Numbered from the whole stretch's first letter, positions 1 through 13,443 are shown. The stretch is DNA of 63,348 nt, filler included, from Kipferlia bialata (GCA_003568945.1; 4 parts of 4 records of this genome joined end to end with filler, not necessarily neighbours in it); one strand, 5' to 3'. A program made the numbers and translations. The notes: a model not told the origin generated them from the sequence alone.

Positions 1-4
1 GGGG

Positions 5-52
<48 letters not shown>

Positions 53-81
53 TGTATATACTACACACAATATGTACTGAC

Positions 82-3000
82 CTTGGACACTGCGTATCCC
101 ATGTTGGTGGCTGGGGCATCGATGGGGTCCCAGGACACCTTCTTGACCCCGTCTGCCTGCACCCTATCTCTGATGGACCTGTGTGATGTGGAGACACCGA
201 TGGTGGACACAAAGGTCATGGGCACGTTCCTGATGGCTGCCAGGTGGACAGCAGTGAGGGTGCCCCTGGGGGGGTGAGGGGGATATAGTTATGGGGGGAT
301 ATATGTATATAGGCACCGAATATATCCCTCTATATGTATGTATACACATCTGCACCTGATGTTTGCAGGAGCGAGGTCCTCCCAGGCAGCCAGCCAGTAA
401 ACCCTAGCCCCACAATGCACAACAGCGTCCACCTCTGCACCCAGGGCCTGGAATGCAGCCTGGTCCATACCGAAGTACTCCTTATCGAGGTCACCCACCA
501 CAGCCCTGAGCCTGGAGGCCTCGGCCTCAGTGAAGGGCTGCTCGATGCCCTCTGCAGTGGATAGGAGTCTGGCCATGCCCTTCTCTGGGGTGGCAGCCCT
601 GACCAGGCAGTGGATGGTGCCTGTCACACGGGTCAGCATGTCACGCACAATGTGGGAGCCGATGAAGCCGGTGGCCCCAGTCACAAACACGTTGCGCACC
701 TCCCCCTCTGGGGCAGCAGGCAGGGCATCGAGTGCAGAGGACAGGGCGGGGGGGTGCTGGGCAGCCACCTGCCAGTCCATGGGGAGAGTGGCGGCACCAG
801 AGTTAGGGCCGGCACTGGCCTCAGCGGCCATGGCCTGAGGGTGAGGGTGGGTGTGCATATCAATGAGTATCACATGTGTATTGTACACACCTTGGCCTCC
901 TCCTCAAAGAGAGCACAGGTGGGGTGGGCAAAGAACTTGTTGAAGGCAAAGGCCCTCTTGGCAAGGTCCTTCCCAACCCTAGCGTCGTTCTGCAGGGTCA
1001 CCATGAGCTGGGCCACTCTGAGGGAGTCACCCCCCACGGCAAAGAAGGAGTCGTCGCGGTTGATGCACACCACGGGGATGTCCAGCACCTTGGCAAAGGC
1101 CTCGGCACAGGCTACAGCAGCTGGGTGGGTGGGGGGGTTGGTGGCTGGGGTGTGGACCCTCTTGGCAGCAATGAGGTCTGGGGCCATGAGGCGCAGGGCA
1201 GGCTTCGAGATCTTGCCTGGGGTGAGGGGGTGTACCTCCGATGCCAGTTGCGAGGGATGGTAGAATACTATGAGGGAGAGAATGACAGTGGGTCCCATAC
1301 CGGATGTAGTCCTTGGCATCTCCGGTATGCAGAAGAGATCCCTAGGGATCTTGTACTCAGCCAGTGACTCAGCCTGGAGGAATGCCCTCAGGGCTGCATC
1401 GTCCACAGCCATGCCCTCCTTGCAGGTGTAGAAGGCACACAGGGCCTCCCCAAGGGCCTTGTCCGGCACCCCAATGACATTGGCCTCAAGGATGGCTGGG
1501 TGTCTGTCCATGTAGTCCTCTATCTCAGGGGGGAAGATGTTGACACCTGGGGGTGGGAGGGAGGACAGAGGGAGACATAGGGTTGACCCTCCCACAAAAA
1601 TATCTATGTGTATGTACATAACCAACCCTTACCTCCTCTGATGACGAGGTTTCTGATCCTGCCCGTCACCCTCATGATGCCCTTGTCCGATATGCTGGCC
1701 ATGTCTCCGGTGTGTAGCCACCCGTTACGGAGGGCCTCGGCAGTCATCTCAGGCTGCTTGTAGTAGCACTTGAACACACCGGGGCCCTTGAAGCAGAGCT
1801 CGCCGTTCTCACCACAGGGAAGCACCTGGGGTGAATATGGGGCAGGCAGGGTGTGAATGTAACAATAGATTCTAACTAAATACACCCATCCCCACCTTGT
1901 CGTCGCTGTCGAGCACGGCCATCTCCCACTGGGGCAGCACCCTGCCTGCGTTGCCGTATGTGTCCTCAGGGGAGGAGAACCAGGAGGCACACACAGGGGC
2001 ACCCCCGCTGGTCTCGGTCATCCCAAAGGCACCACCGATCATGGCATTGGGGAACTCGGCCAGGATGGCCTGGGGTGGGGGGGGAGGGGGGCTACAGTAC
2101 AGTGTTACAGTCCATTCATATATATACACATACTAACCTGGCAGAGCTCCACGCCGACGGGTGCCCCGCCCATGACGAATGACTCGATGTGGAGTCCCTT
2201 GGCCTTCTCCTCGGCCAGGGCTGGGGATGCCAGCATGGCGTAGACCAGGGAGGGGATGCCAGTCACAGCATGTACACCGTACTTGTTGATGGCCCTCAGG
2301 GTCTTGGCGGGGTTGAAGGGCAGACCCATAAGGAGCTGGGTCCTGGCAGAACACTGGAACCAGAAGTAGGAGCCCATGGAGGTGCCTGGGGGTGGGGGTG
2401 GGGGGGGGAGGAGGATAGGGTAGCACATATCCTCATCTGTCCGTACCTGTGAAGTAGAGGGGGGATGTGACGATGGATGTCCCCCTGCCCTGTGGCTTGA
2501 TGGGCTTGTTGGACGCCTTGACAGACAGGGGGCCCTGGGCACACGTGGCGTGGGTCAGCTCGACAACCTGGGGGGAAGAGGGAGAGGGGGGGGAGGGGGG
2601 TGGAGACTTATACAATTATATACAATTACTACAGACCCTCCCCCACCTTGGGAGCCCCTGTGCTGCCACTGGTGAATGAGTACACCAGTGTGTCTGTTGG
2701 CTTCTGGTTGGCCCTGGCCTCTGCCACTGGCCCTAGACCCTCCTCCTCATTGAGGGCTATGCCCTGGGCCCTGAGGCCATGGAAGGACACAAAGGTGGGG
2801 GGGAGGCCTCCCTCGTTGGAGGCATCAGTAGCAGTGGCACTGCCCACAATCACCTGGGGGTCAGGGTCACAAGGGGAGGGGGGTATGGATATATATATAT
2901 ATATATACAGATACCCAACTCATACCTTGAGAACGTTCTGAGCCTCGGGTAAAGACTGCAGAAGGGCAATGTTGTCCCTGCGGGTGAGCCACAAATGAGG

Positions 3001-4025
3001 TTTAGGTGGTATATACAAGAATCAGCATATGGATACATGTATCTAAGTTGAGAGAGATAATAGTAACAGCACCAGTCCACCATCTGCGTGTCCCTACCTC
3101 CCTGTGAACTCCCTCAATATGATGATGGCTGCTGCGTCTGTGGATGACAGGCAGTGCCCCAGCTCATGGCCATAGTGGGGGGAGATGAAGATGAGGATGA
3201 AGCCACAGGCCAGGACAGCCGTCTCGGAGGTGGCAGCTGGGGTGGGGGTGGGGGGTAAGAGAGAGCAATCAGTGGAGATGATGGATATATGTATCATAGG
3301 ATACAATACACATCCATCTTACCTATGCACCCGTTGGGGAGTGCCACAGCCACAGCCTGACCAGGGGCCACACCAGCGGCATACAGACCCCTGCCGATAC
3401 CCTCGGCCAGGCGCTGCATCTCTCCACAGGTCAGCTCAATACCCTCATCGGGGAAGATCTGGGGGTTAGGAAGGAGGAAGTGCAATGGTAGTCATCGAAA
3501 GAGCAGGGGACAGGACACATGAACAGACAGCAAAGGTAAAAGGATATACGTGGCACGAGAGTACAGTATCCTATAGGGTATCAAGACATGATAGTGATAT
3601 GGGTGTGTGCCCTATATATGCATTGGCACAGATACACCCACCGTGTTGATGGCAGAAGGGTCGGCAGACTGGGCCCTGGCAAAGCGCCTGGCGTTAGGGT
3701 GTGATTAGCTTGTCTGGTCAGTACTATCTAGCGGTGAAATCATCACTATAATACAGACGAAAGTACAGTGAACGGAGGACTGAAGTGCACCATCATTCCC
3801 TTACCTGCCGAAGACTGGGCTGGGGATGTTCCACTCAGGCTTCTCAGCACCCTGACAGTGAGTATGGGAGCACTATCCTGCATGGAATAGGATGGAGAGT
3901 GGTATTGACCATGCAGGGAGATCACCCCTGCCGTTCTATCAGTGCCGCACCTTGACGTGGCTCTGCCCTGCACCGCTGGGCCAGGTCTCTAGGGGCTGGT
4001 AGTTGACCCTCCCATTGTCCACCAT
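82..4025 (-). CDS. Multi-exon NRPS-like adenylation-thiolation-reductase (A-T-R, carboxylic acid reductase-like) protein; 3' end runs off the window
   Basis: Spliced from ATG 4025 (MVDNGRVNYQPLETWPSG). A-domain motifs YSFTSGSTGAPK, GAFGMTETSG, GWLHTGDMA, GRIRNLVIRGGVNIFPPEIE, PRTTSGKI. Carrier motif FFAVGGDSL (~1020-1045). SDR reductase motifs NVFVTGATGFIG, VHCGARV and YAVSK (YxxxK). Confidence 0.9.
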
Positions 4026-4324
4026 GTAGGGGGCTAGGCCGCCATTTGCGGATGGCATATTGAGTGTGATGTCGAGAGGAGATTGGGACCGATATAGTCA
4101 CAGTAATGTGTCTTTTTGGCTAAAAGGGTGCAGGACCTGCACAGGTTTACAAAGTAGCTCTTGAAGTCATGGACCAGACTAGGGATTCTCATTCTACGGT
4201 CTGGCCAACACCAATGCGACTGCGACTGTCATTTTCTTCAATCATCAAACACACAAGTTCAGCTGAACCTTCCCACTCACACAATTCTCTATTCGTCAAA
4301 GTAAGTACAACACACACACCCTCC

Positions 4325-5574
4325 CTACTCGGTTGGCTCCACCTGGCTAGTGGCAGACACCTTCTTAAAGGAGCCCATCTTGGCCTTGTTGGCACCCACA
4401 GACACCAGGCCAAGGACATTGCTCCTGTTGATAGGGGACTCAACCTGGGGTGGGAAGGAGGGAAGGTAGGGGTTACTTAGAGATGCACTGACATGCACTA
4501 CTAACACTGGTTCATCCGATGAGGCACCCCACACCCACCTTGTAGACTGCGCTCTCGGGGTCTGCCCTCCTGATGCTGTCGAAGAGGAGGTTGGTGAACT
4601 CGAGGGTCACGTCGCGGCCCTGGGGTGAGGGGAAGAGTCACACAGAGCACTAGCACTAGCACAGAGGAGAATGATTAGTGATAACATTGTAGCAACACCT
4701 GCCCCCCACCCCTCTGCACACTGACCCACTGTATATATGTATACATGTATCTGTACCTGCTGGGCGTCGAAGGAGTCGAGTGCCTTGAATGTCCTGAAGG
4801 ACTGGTGCTTCTGGAAGGGGTTCCAGATGGACCTCTTGCCCACAGCCTGTCCATCGATGTTGACGCCGTTGGCAGAGCCCTCCTGACAGTCAGGGGGGAT
4901 ATAAAGGGGATGATGTACATCGGGTGGAGTGGGTGCATGCAGATAGGAAGGTAATAAGACATGAATGTAGTATAACGAAGCGTATATATGGGTGACACAG
5001 ATTGGCAATATTCGACCCTCTTGTCGATACATCCACAACTGACCCACAATGGGCCCTCCAGCATAACTCCAGCCCACCTTGGAGTAGATCCTGCATCCGT
5101 AGATCCTCTCGTCCACGCCCTGTGCCATCTTGGACAGGAATGCGTACTGGGGGTACTCCAGCACACCCCTGTGGATGTGGGTGATGTCTGTCAGCTTGGT
5201 GGACTCGTGGCGCTGGATGTTCTTGGTCTCAAAGTCGTACTTGACCCTGTAGATGGCCTTGTCAGTCAGGAGCACCACCCTCTCCTGCTCCATGTTCCAC
5301 TGGTTGATGGAGATGAACACGTAGCCCTTCAGGAAGCTCTCATCTGGAGTGAGAGGGTGTAGTAATCAGTCGTGTGCTCCATTGCAGACAGTATAAAGGA
5401 GTGGTAGGTCGTGAGAGACACCATAAACCAGTGAAAAGCAACACTAAAGGGAGCTCCTGATTCTGGCGAAACTGAGAGACTATGTCTAACGAAAACTCAC
5501 TGGGACGTACTCTGGGGGATGATGTGCTCACGGCAGAACTTGATTCCCTCAACAAGAAGTGCTACTTCGCTCAT
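4325..5574 (-). CDS. hSac2-domain, TPRG1/TPRG1L-like protein (start uncertain; frame stays open upstream to ~5665)
   Basis: ISINQWNMEQERVVLLTDKAIYRVKYDF resembles the TPRG1 family core as I recall it. C-terminus SNVLGLVSVGANKAKMG. Stop at 4325. Confidence 0.75.
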
Positions 5575-5726
5575 CTCGGTGTTCTTAGGGAAGTAGGACG
5601 AGTCAGGAAGAATGCCGTGACCCTTTGCCCAGAGTGACTGCAAAAACACATTAGGAGAGTTTGCTCACATGTCTGCACTCTCTACCCACCTGTGAGTACC
5701 CTTGTCCCCCGTCCACTGCCCCCTAG

Positions 5727-8700
5727 ATGTCCTCGGCGCCTACCCAGCCGGAGCAGGATGAGCAGCTCATCCAGTTCCTGGTGGATGCCCTGAACGCCGC
5801 CCCCTTCAACAGACAGGTGTCCATATTCTCGCTGCTCGATCTGCGTACACCCGCCAGTGCAGTCCAGCTTCTCAACGATGTGCTGGCTGAGATCCAGCCA
5901 GATATCAAGGCAGATGTGTCCACTGGGATCGAGGAGGCACTGATCCCCATGATTGAGCTGCTCCTTGTGCTCAAGTACCAGCCCACCAACATGACAGGCC
6001 AGGACCTCATCAACAGGTAGGGGGGGAGGGGAGTGAGAGAATTGGGTGGTGCTGGTATATGGGTGGTGTCAGGATGGAGGCGTGATGTTTGGGTGTCTTT
6101 CCCAATTTCTAGCCGTGTCATTATTATCACCTATACTTATCCCAGGCTGAAGGATGGTGATCTGCACACTGTGTTCGATGTGCTCTACTTCCTCCTCTCC
6201 CGGCTTGACCACTGCAAGCAGCGTGCCTACCTGTACCGCTTCCTGGGCCCAGTTGACATTGCCCTGGAGCACAGGGGGGACACAGTCGTCAGAGACCTGT
6301 CCCTACAGCTCAAGGAACTCCAGGTGAGACAGCATTGTGGCTGGATATAGGGATGTATTCATAGGGAGAGGTTGAGTGGGAAGAAATACTATTGCTGCCC
6401 GAGGTGTAAGTGAGTTGCAATTCCTAAGTGTGCAGACACATTCCACCCCCATAACCACAGGATGAGTTCAAGGCCATCCACTCCGAGTACACCCAGGCCA
6501 AGAAGAACACCCCAGACACCAACGCCCTGGCAGCTGACATCAGACGCCTGACACAGCTGGCACAGCAGCTGCAGTTCAGACAGGTACGGGCATATATGGA
6601 AACTAGACATGTACACGTATAATATAATAGCCCCCCCCCCCCCCTACCCCAGGCCGAGACCGAGGCCTCTCTGAAGGGCAGGGCTGGGGCCGCCAAGGTG
6701 GTGCCAGAGTGCCTCAGATACGCAGCCAGGGCTAGGTACAGTGTGTGAACATATTCTTTATACTACTTCATATTCTATTCTTATAGCCCCACTCCATACT
6801 GTGTAGTGCCCACCTCACCCTCAGGGAGAATGAGGAGAAGGCCGACGACCTGCGCAAGAGGATCGCTGCTCTGAGGGTGGGTGCCAACAGTGATGCAGCC
6901 AGACTGGAGATACTGAGCCAGAGGGCAGAGGGGGACGCAGACGCCACAGGGAGGTGAGGGGGGTGGTATGGATATATACACTATACTCTCTATATACAAT
7001 GATACTGTGCCTGACCCCAGGGAGCTGATGGGCATAGCCAAGAGGGACAATGAGGCTGTGACCAGGAATGTGGAGGACACGCTGCCTGTGCTCATCGCCC
7101 AGAAGAGACGCCTGCTGCAGCTGTGCAACGGACCCACGCCCAAGGTGGGTGGTGGCACTGGACTGAATACATATTGTATATATGTATGTGCATGTATATA
7201 TGAAAGGTGTCTCACCGCAGGAGGGTGCCATCCAGACCATGAAGTGCCAGGTGGAGGACAAGAGGGCAGAGCTCACCCAGCTGACACAGAAGAGGGCTAG
7301 TCTGGCAGTGCTGCACCAGCCTCAGGTGGGGGGTCGATGTATCAGTGTATGTATCTCATCTCTCTCTCTCTCTGTTCTAACCCCCCAGGCTGCCCAGCAG
7401 GACGATGCCTCCCAGGGCACAGACTTCCTCAGAAAGCAGGTCAGTTGTATTTGTATATATAGGCTATATTGTGGACATGCAGTTGTGCATGTTGTATGTG
7501 ATGTCTTGATACTAGCACCTCACCCCCCTCACCCAGGTAGCCTCCCTTGCCCAGACCCAGGCCAGGCTGCAGGCCAAGAGAGACGACTATGCCAAGAGGA
7601 TAGCAGACGACGAGGCCAAGCTGGTGGCCAAGTGCCAGTCACCTCAGGTGGGCATACACACATGCACACACTCGCTCTTTCTGTCTTTGTCTCACCCCCA
7701 GGACCTTGAGGAGGCTGTGGCGTCTGGGGATGCCGTGGTGTCCGAGACTGCGTTCAAGAACTGTGTCTCCATAGCCAGGAGGACCCAGCCCCTGTTCAGA
7801 CAGACCAGGCAGAGGGTCCAGACATCAAGGTGGGGGGTGTGGGATAGAGACATGGTATCATATGTTATGATATGATATAGCATGCCCCTGACCCCTAGGA
7901 AGGAGGCCATTGTGCTGCAGAGAACAGTGGACATCCTGACAGGCCTGGCGCAGCAGGAGGTATGGTACAATGATAGATGCATATAGATACATAGATCCAT
8001 GCTGTCTCTACATACACCCCCCCTGACCCCCAGGGCCAGGACATGGCCCTAGAGGGAGAGGGCGAGGGAGTGGATGTGGATGGGATGGTCGACAGACAGC
8101 AGGCCTCGGAGATGAGGACACTCCTGGCAGACCTCCAGAACACACTGCAAAGGAAGAGGCAGGACCTGGCACCCAAGGTGGGTAGTATATCCGTCTCTCT
8201 GTCTCTCTCCCTCCCTATCCCCCTCACTCCTAGGTAGCTGCCCTTAAGGAGCAGCATGCCGTGGTGGCACAGCTCGAGGCAGAGTTCCAGGCTTTGCAGA
8301 CTAAGGTACCAGGACCATGTTACCATGTACCCCTCTACACCCTCCTACCCCCCTGACCCCCAGGCCCAGGCCCTTGAGGCCGGTGACCAGGGCAGGGCCT
8401 ACCAGATGAAGAGGAAGGTGGCCAGGGTCAGCAGAGATGTTGAGGACCTCAGGTACACAACGCTGTATATGGGGCATCATTCATTGTTCAGGATACTCTG
8501 TGTGTATGGCATGTATCCCCCAGTCTCACCTTCCCAGGTCAGAGATCCACCGTCTGGAGTGTGTGGCGCATGTGACCAGGGCTAGGCTGGAGGCAGCCCA
8601 GTCAGGGAGGCAGGTGTCGAGGCAGAGGAAGGAGCTGACAGCAGAGATATCCAAGAGGGAGAACGAGGGCAGAGACCTCAAGGCCCAGCAGCGGAGGCTG

Positions 8701-8892
8701 AAGGCAGACCTCCCTAGACTCAGTGCCCAGAAGAGGCAGTTTGAGGATCTGCAGCAGCTGCTGGGGGGCAGGATGATGGCAGCCCAGGAGAGGCAGAGAG
8801 AGGCAGAGGAGGAGAGAGCAGCCGAGATGGACAGGTTCACGAGTGGGGCCAACCAGGCAGAGTCCAACAGACTGGTGGTGCCCCTGTCCTAG
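5727..8892 (+). CDS. IFT81: Intraflagellar transport protein 81 (multi-exon)
   Basis: N-terminal CH domain IQFLVDALNAAPFNR..QLLNDVLAEIQP..LLVLKYQP..VLYFLLSRLDHCKQRAYLYRFL, long coiled coil, C-terminal NRLVV. Stop TAG 8890-8892. Confidence 0.92.
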
Positions 8893-9157
8893 GGGATATA
8901 TCATCATCTGTAATAGATGGGAGTGTACATGTGGGTGGGATTGGATAGGGTACTTGGGTAGAGATACTGACACACACACAAACACACGTATATCTATAAT
9001 CTATTGTACACGTATCCAACATCGGTTGGACGTATCGAAGAACTCATACATGCATGCTATCGATGCTGTAGAGGTGCTCAGAAAAGAGAGCCAAGGACAC
9101 CAAAGAGTGGTGGTAAACAAGGGGAGGGAATATGGGTAAACACTGCGCCAGTCCCGT

Positions 9158-10980
9158 CTAGACTGTGACCACCTCGTCCCTCTGGCTCAGCATGGGCACC
9201 ACCAGCTTGGTCTTGGAGGCCTTGTGCCTGCGGTACCCTGCCCTGAACACACAGAATGTGATGAAGAACACAGCCACGATGACACCCACGCACAGTGTCC
9301 CTAGGACCATGACATAGGAGGTGAGGGTGCCACTGCGCCAGGGCTCGATGACAGACCCCCGGTAGTTGGCCTTGTCGTTGGACATGGCGAGGGTCACCTT
9401 GTTCTGGTCGTAGCATCTGCCGGACAGGTGGCACCGGGACTCGTAGGTGCGGAGGGTGGTGGCGGTGCTACCACCCAGCTCTGCCACTATCACCCTGCCC
9501 CCAGACCCCCTCTCTGCCCCCATGGTGTATGAGCACAGGCCGGTCTTGACCCCGTGGGCCAGGAGGATGGTGCCGTCATAGGAGTCGGCAGGCATCACAG
9601 CGCTGGGGTGAGGGGAATGTATGTATATATATATATAGAGAGAGAGAGAGAGAAAGATAGAGATAACACACATGGACGCTACCTGTTCCTGTGCAAGTGG
9701 CCTGTGGACCACAGCCTGATGGGTACACTGGAGGGGAAGTCAAGGACCTGGGGTGGGAGGGAGAGGGAGAGGGAGGGAGGGAGAGAGGGAGAGAGAGATA
9801 GAGTGAGATAGAGAGATGCGTGAAGGTACCTCACTAGAGGGAGGGGCTGGGGATGTCTCGTATCTGTCACCAATCACAACGTCAGAGGAACCTGGGGGTG
9901 AGGCGGGAGAGACACTAGTAAAACAATCTACATACATGTACCCTATCACCGTACCTGCCGCAGAGTGCCACTCTCTCTGGGGTATGTGGGTGAAGGCAAC
10001 ACCAGGGACATAGTTCCAACCGTTGGAGGAGGCCTGGGGTGAGACGCGGAGAATGGGCAGAGGGAATGTGATAAGAGAGGGAGACAAATAGAGACACACA
10101 GATGACCCTAACCTCATTGAATGCGAATGATGCTGCGTTGGTGTCGATGCAGCCCTCCTCCTGCACATAGGACGAGGTGCAGTTGTGGCTGGTGTCAAAG
10201 CCCCACACCACCAGGGCCGGCTTGGATGCCCCCTTGTACGCATAGACAGGCAGACCATGGTGTATAGGGGCACCAAGGATGTCACCGGCATCCACAGGGC
10301 CTGGGGGTCAGGGGGGGGGAGAGAGAGAGAGAGAGAGAGTTCACAGAGTGTGGAAAGGAGAGATCTCAACATCACCTACCTACGTAGTATGCACTTCTAT
10401 TGAGCAGGGCGAATATCTCGTCGCGTGTGAGCTCTGCATCGAACTCATGGTCGCCCAGGGCAAGGGTCCAGGGCACCTCGAGGGAGTCCATGTCGGAGAT
10501 GAACCTGGGGGTCAGGAAGGGGGGGGGGGGGGGGGGGGGGGGGAGGGGTGGGGGGGGGGGGGGGGGGGGGGGGGTGGGGGGGGGAGGGTAGACTCAGAGA
10601 GAGGGAAAATACTGGGATAGGGAGCTGGGTGATATAGTGACAAGGAGATGCGGCAGTGTGGATGTGCATGCGGGTGAGCACAAATGCATACCTGCTGACC
10701 CAGTGCACCTCACACTGACAATGTCCATGTCAGGTGTTGCAATGACAGCCACGGCCTGGTCAGTCAGAGAGAGGCAGTACACCATAGAGAGCTATGGGGG
10801 GTGGTGGAAGGGTATATACCCACCCACCTTGTCGTATCTGACATCTGCACTGCCATCCAGTGATATGGTGAATGTGCCCTCTCTCCCAGTCACAGTGGAT
10901 GAGACAACAGACCCAGGTTCAGAGCGACACAGAGAGAGGCCTACGAAGCCTAAGAGTACCAATACACACAAGTAGTGCAT
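9158..10980 (-). CDS. Type I membrane/surface protein of unknown function (multi-exon)
   Basis: Signal peptide MHYLCVLVLLGFVGLSLC. C-terminal hydrophobic helix YVMVLGTLCVGVIVAVFFITFCVF followed by basic RAGYRRHK. GT-AG exon chain. Confidence 0.7.
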
Positions 10981-11310
10981 GGAGTATCGATATCTATTGA
11001 AAAGACGGGCTCACTGAATGCGTATTCTCTGGCCGTTCAACTTAGACGCTCATTCACACTGACGCGTAGAGGATTAGACTGATTGAACCAGGCCTCACTC
11101 AATCACACACTCAATCCTTACTGATACTAACCTCTATTATGGAACATGGAATCTCTCTTGAATAACGGGATCATCATATAATCCTGAATAACGGGATCAT
11201 CATAACGGGTTCATCAACAATACAATCTCGCTAGTCTAGCAACACTTCTTCCACATCTTCCTGTGCAGGTGGTGTGCTGCCTATAGGTGTAGACTCTTTC
11301 TTGCCTCCCC

Positions 11311-11684
11311 TCACACCTGTGCCGGTACCTTGTCCTTCTTTAGTGGTGTGGTCAGGGTGTACTTGCCATTGGGCTGTCTAACCAGAACAGCTAACTGACA
11401 GTTGGCCGGGTTCCACAGTCTGGAAGGTGAGGAGGCGAGAAAGAGGGGAGAAGAAAGGCGGGGTAGGGGGGGGGGGGGTTAGGTAAGATGAGTGGAAAAC
11501 GCACGTGTTGAGATCGGCTACTGTCCAGCGGAAGTACCGCATCAGCATCATTCTGAAGGTGATACCATGGGTCACAATGACCACGTTCTCAAGAGAGTGG
11601 GGCTTCTTGATCTCACGCAGCAGAGAGGACCAGAAACTGTCCACCCTCCCGTAGACATCAGAGCCGGACTCGCCATTCGGGAAC
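11311..11684 (-). CDS. Histidine phosphatase/phosphoglycerate mutase family, Det1-like, 3' fragment
   Basis: RFPNGESGSDVYGRVDSFW..VVIVTHGITFRMMLMRYFRWTV..LWNPANC. The 5' part is lost at the scaffold end. Confidence 0.85.
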
Positions 11685-11829
11685 CTGTTGGTGGGATTGA
11701 GGGGATTGAGGGGCGAGGGGTGCCAGCGCGAAGAATTAAGTTAAAAGAGGGGGGGGGGGGGGGGCCAAAAAAAAATTTTGGGTTTNNNNNNNNNNNNNNN
11801 NNNNNNNNNNNNNNNNNNNNNNNNNNNNN

Positions 11830-11841
11830 TTAATTAATTAA
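11830..11841. other. Artificial scaffold linker (stops in all six frames)
   Basis: TTAATTAATTAA centred in an N run. Confidence 0.95.
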
Positions 11842-11885
11842 NNNNNNNNNNNNNNNNNNNNNNNNNNNNNNNNNNNNNNNNNNNN

Positions 11886-12610
11886 AGCACTCTCTGGGGG
11901 TTGTTGGACTGGAGGAGGTATACAGCCCACAGCTGTCTAAGCATCAGGAAGGGAGGGAAGCGCTTGCGGCCAGTCTTGCGCTTGCCAGGTTGGCCTGGGA
12001 TCTTGTTGCCGTCGTCGTCCACTGTGGGTTGTACGTAGTAGTTCTCCCAGAGTGCCTGTCTACTATAGCAGCGGGCATGGGAGGGTACTTCACTGGAGTG
12101 AGGAGTGTAAGGGTTAGATAATGAATACTGATGTATTACTTACCTGAGAACACCTCCTTCAGTCTATCCCTCTCTCTCCCAAAGTCTGACTGGTTGTTGA
12201 AGATGTTTGGACTGACTGGCTGGCCCAGGACCTTGTAGATGTCCTCAATGAAGCGGTTCAGCTTGAACTCCAGCCTGTCAGAGACAGTCATAGTAGCAGG
12301 GGATCTCCTGCTTATCTGTCCCATCCCAGTTCACACTGGCGTGGTACAAAGCACACTGTCTCCGTCTTTGACAAGGCACTTATCACAATTGGCTTGTTCT
12401 CGGGAGTACTGCAGAACTTTCTACCAGCGCCCGCACTCTTCCTCTTGGCAGTGGGACCCTTTGCGTGCAGCTGCTCTCACAGAGACGCAATCTCTATAGT
12501 TAACACTTTCTCGGTCTCTCTCAGAGGATGCAGCTCTCTGTCTCGCTCACTGTCGGACTCTCTCAGTGCCCGGATCTCTCTCTCTCTCTCATCCTCTGGG
12601 GTCTGGACCT
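11886..12610 (-). pseudogene. Possibly disrupted coding sequence of unknown family
   Basis: Protein-like segments (EREREIRALRES..IASL*EQLHAKG; DRLEFKLNRFIEDIYKVLG; ALWENYYVQP..FLMLRQLWAVY) in different frames, an in-frame TGA and a GTAAG intron. Confidence 0.3.
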
Positions 12611-13443
12611 ACCATTAGTATTACGGGTAATAGATATACGGGTTTTACGGGTAATACGGGTAATACGGGTAACAGGTGGGTCACCTGACGTTCTAGCCCC
12701 TCCGAGGGCTCTTCTCCCCACGCCTACTACCAGTATTAGAGTGACTAGTGGGGGTGTCTCCATGACAGACAACGAGTTCATTGCTGTTACCGTAATTCAT
12801 ATATACAAATATCCTTGCTGGTGACAAGGCCGGCAAAGCCACGCGAGTTCTAAACTTCGACGAAACACCACATTGATGCTACCTCGAGCCTCGCTTCCCC
12901 CGGACTCTCCGATTCTCCGAAGGGTTGCACTAAAAGTGAACACCCACACACTACACCCCCAATCTGATACATCCAGACGCACGTGCGACTGAAACGTCTC
13001 AAGACTCCAACCCAGACACACTCTGGAGCTATAGCTCCACCGTGATGCAGCTCGCTACCCGCTCGCTCATGCCAGTGCCAACAGTACTACTCACGAGTAC
13101 TCTCGGTCCCTACAGGACGGTACTACTAGCGGCTCAGATGGGGTCGATCCCTAGCCCCTCCGGGGCTAGTGACACTGACTCTGCAAGCATGCGACATTTA
13201 TGACACTCAAACGACATCTCTGTTAATCATAGACGGCTGACACGGACACCACAACAACCAAACAAGGACACAATAGGAATAATGATAGGACCCACACACG
13301 TACATGGGACCAATCGGAACAAGCAAACAGGACCAAGACTACTACTAAGTATCTAGATCCACAGAGGCACAAACTGGTGCCAGAGATGATATCTCTCCAA
13401 ATAGAGTGGCAAGGGGCCGTGGATAAAACGCTAGGGACACCCC

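Noticed and set aside
11786..11885. Conserved TTAATTAATTAA element and gene clustering across it
   Set aside because: It is a concatenation linker inside Ns, so neighbours across it are not linked.
12785..13174. Solo LTR (TGTTAC...GTGACA)
   Set aside because: No target-site duplication, no second copy and no retroelement ORF.
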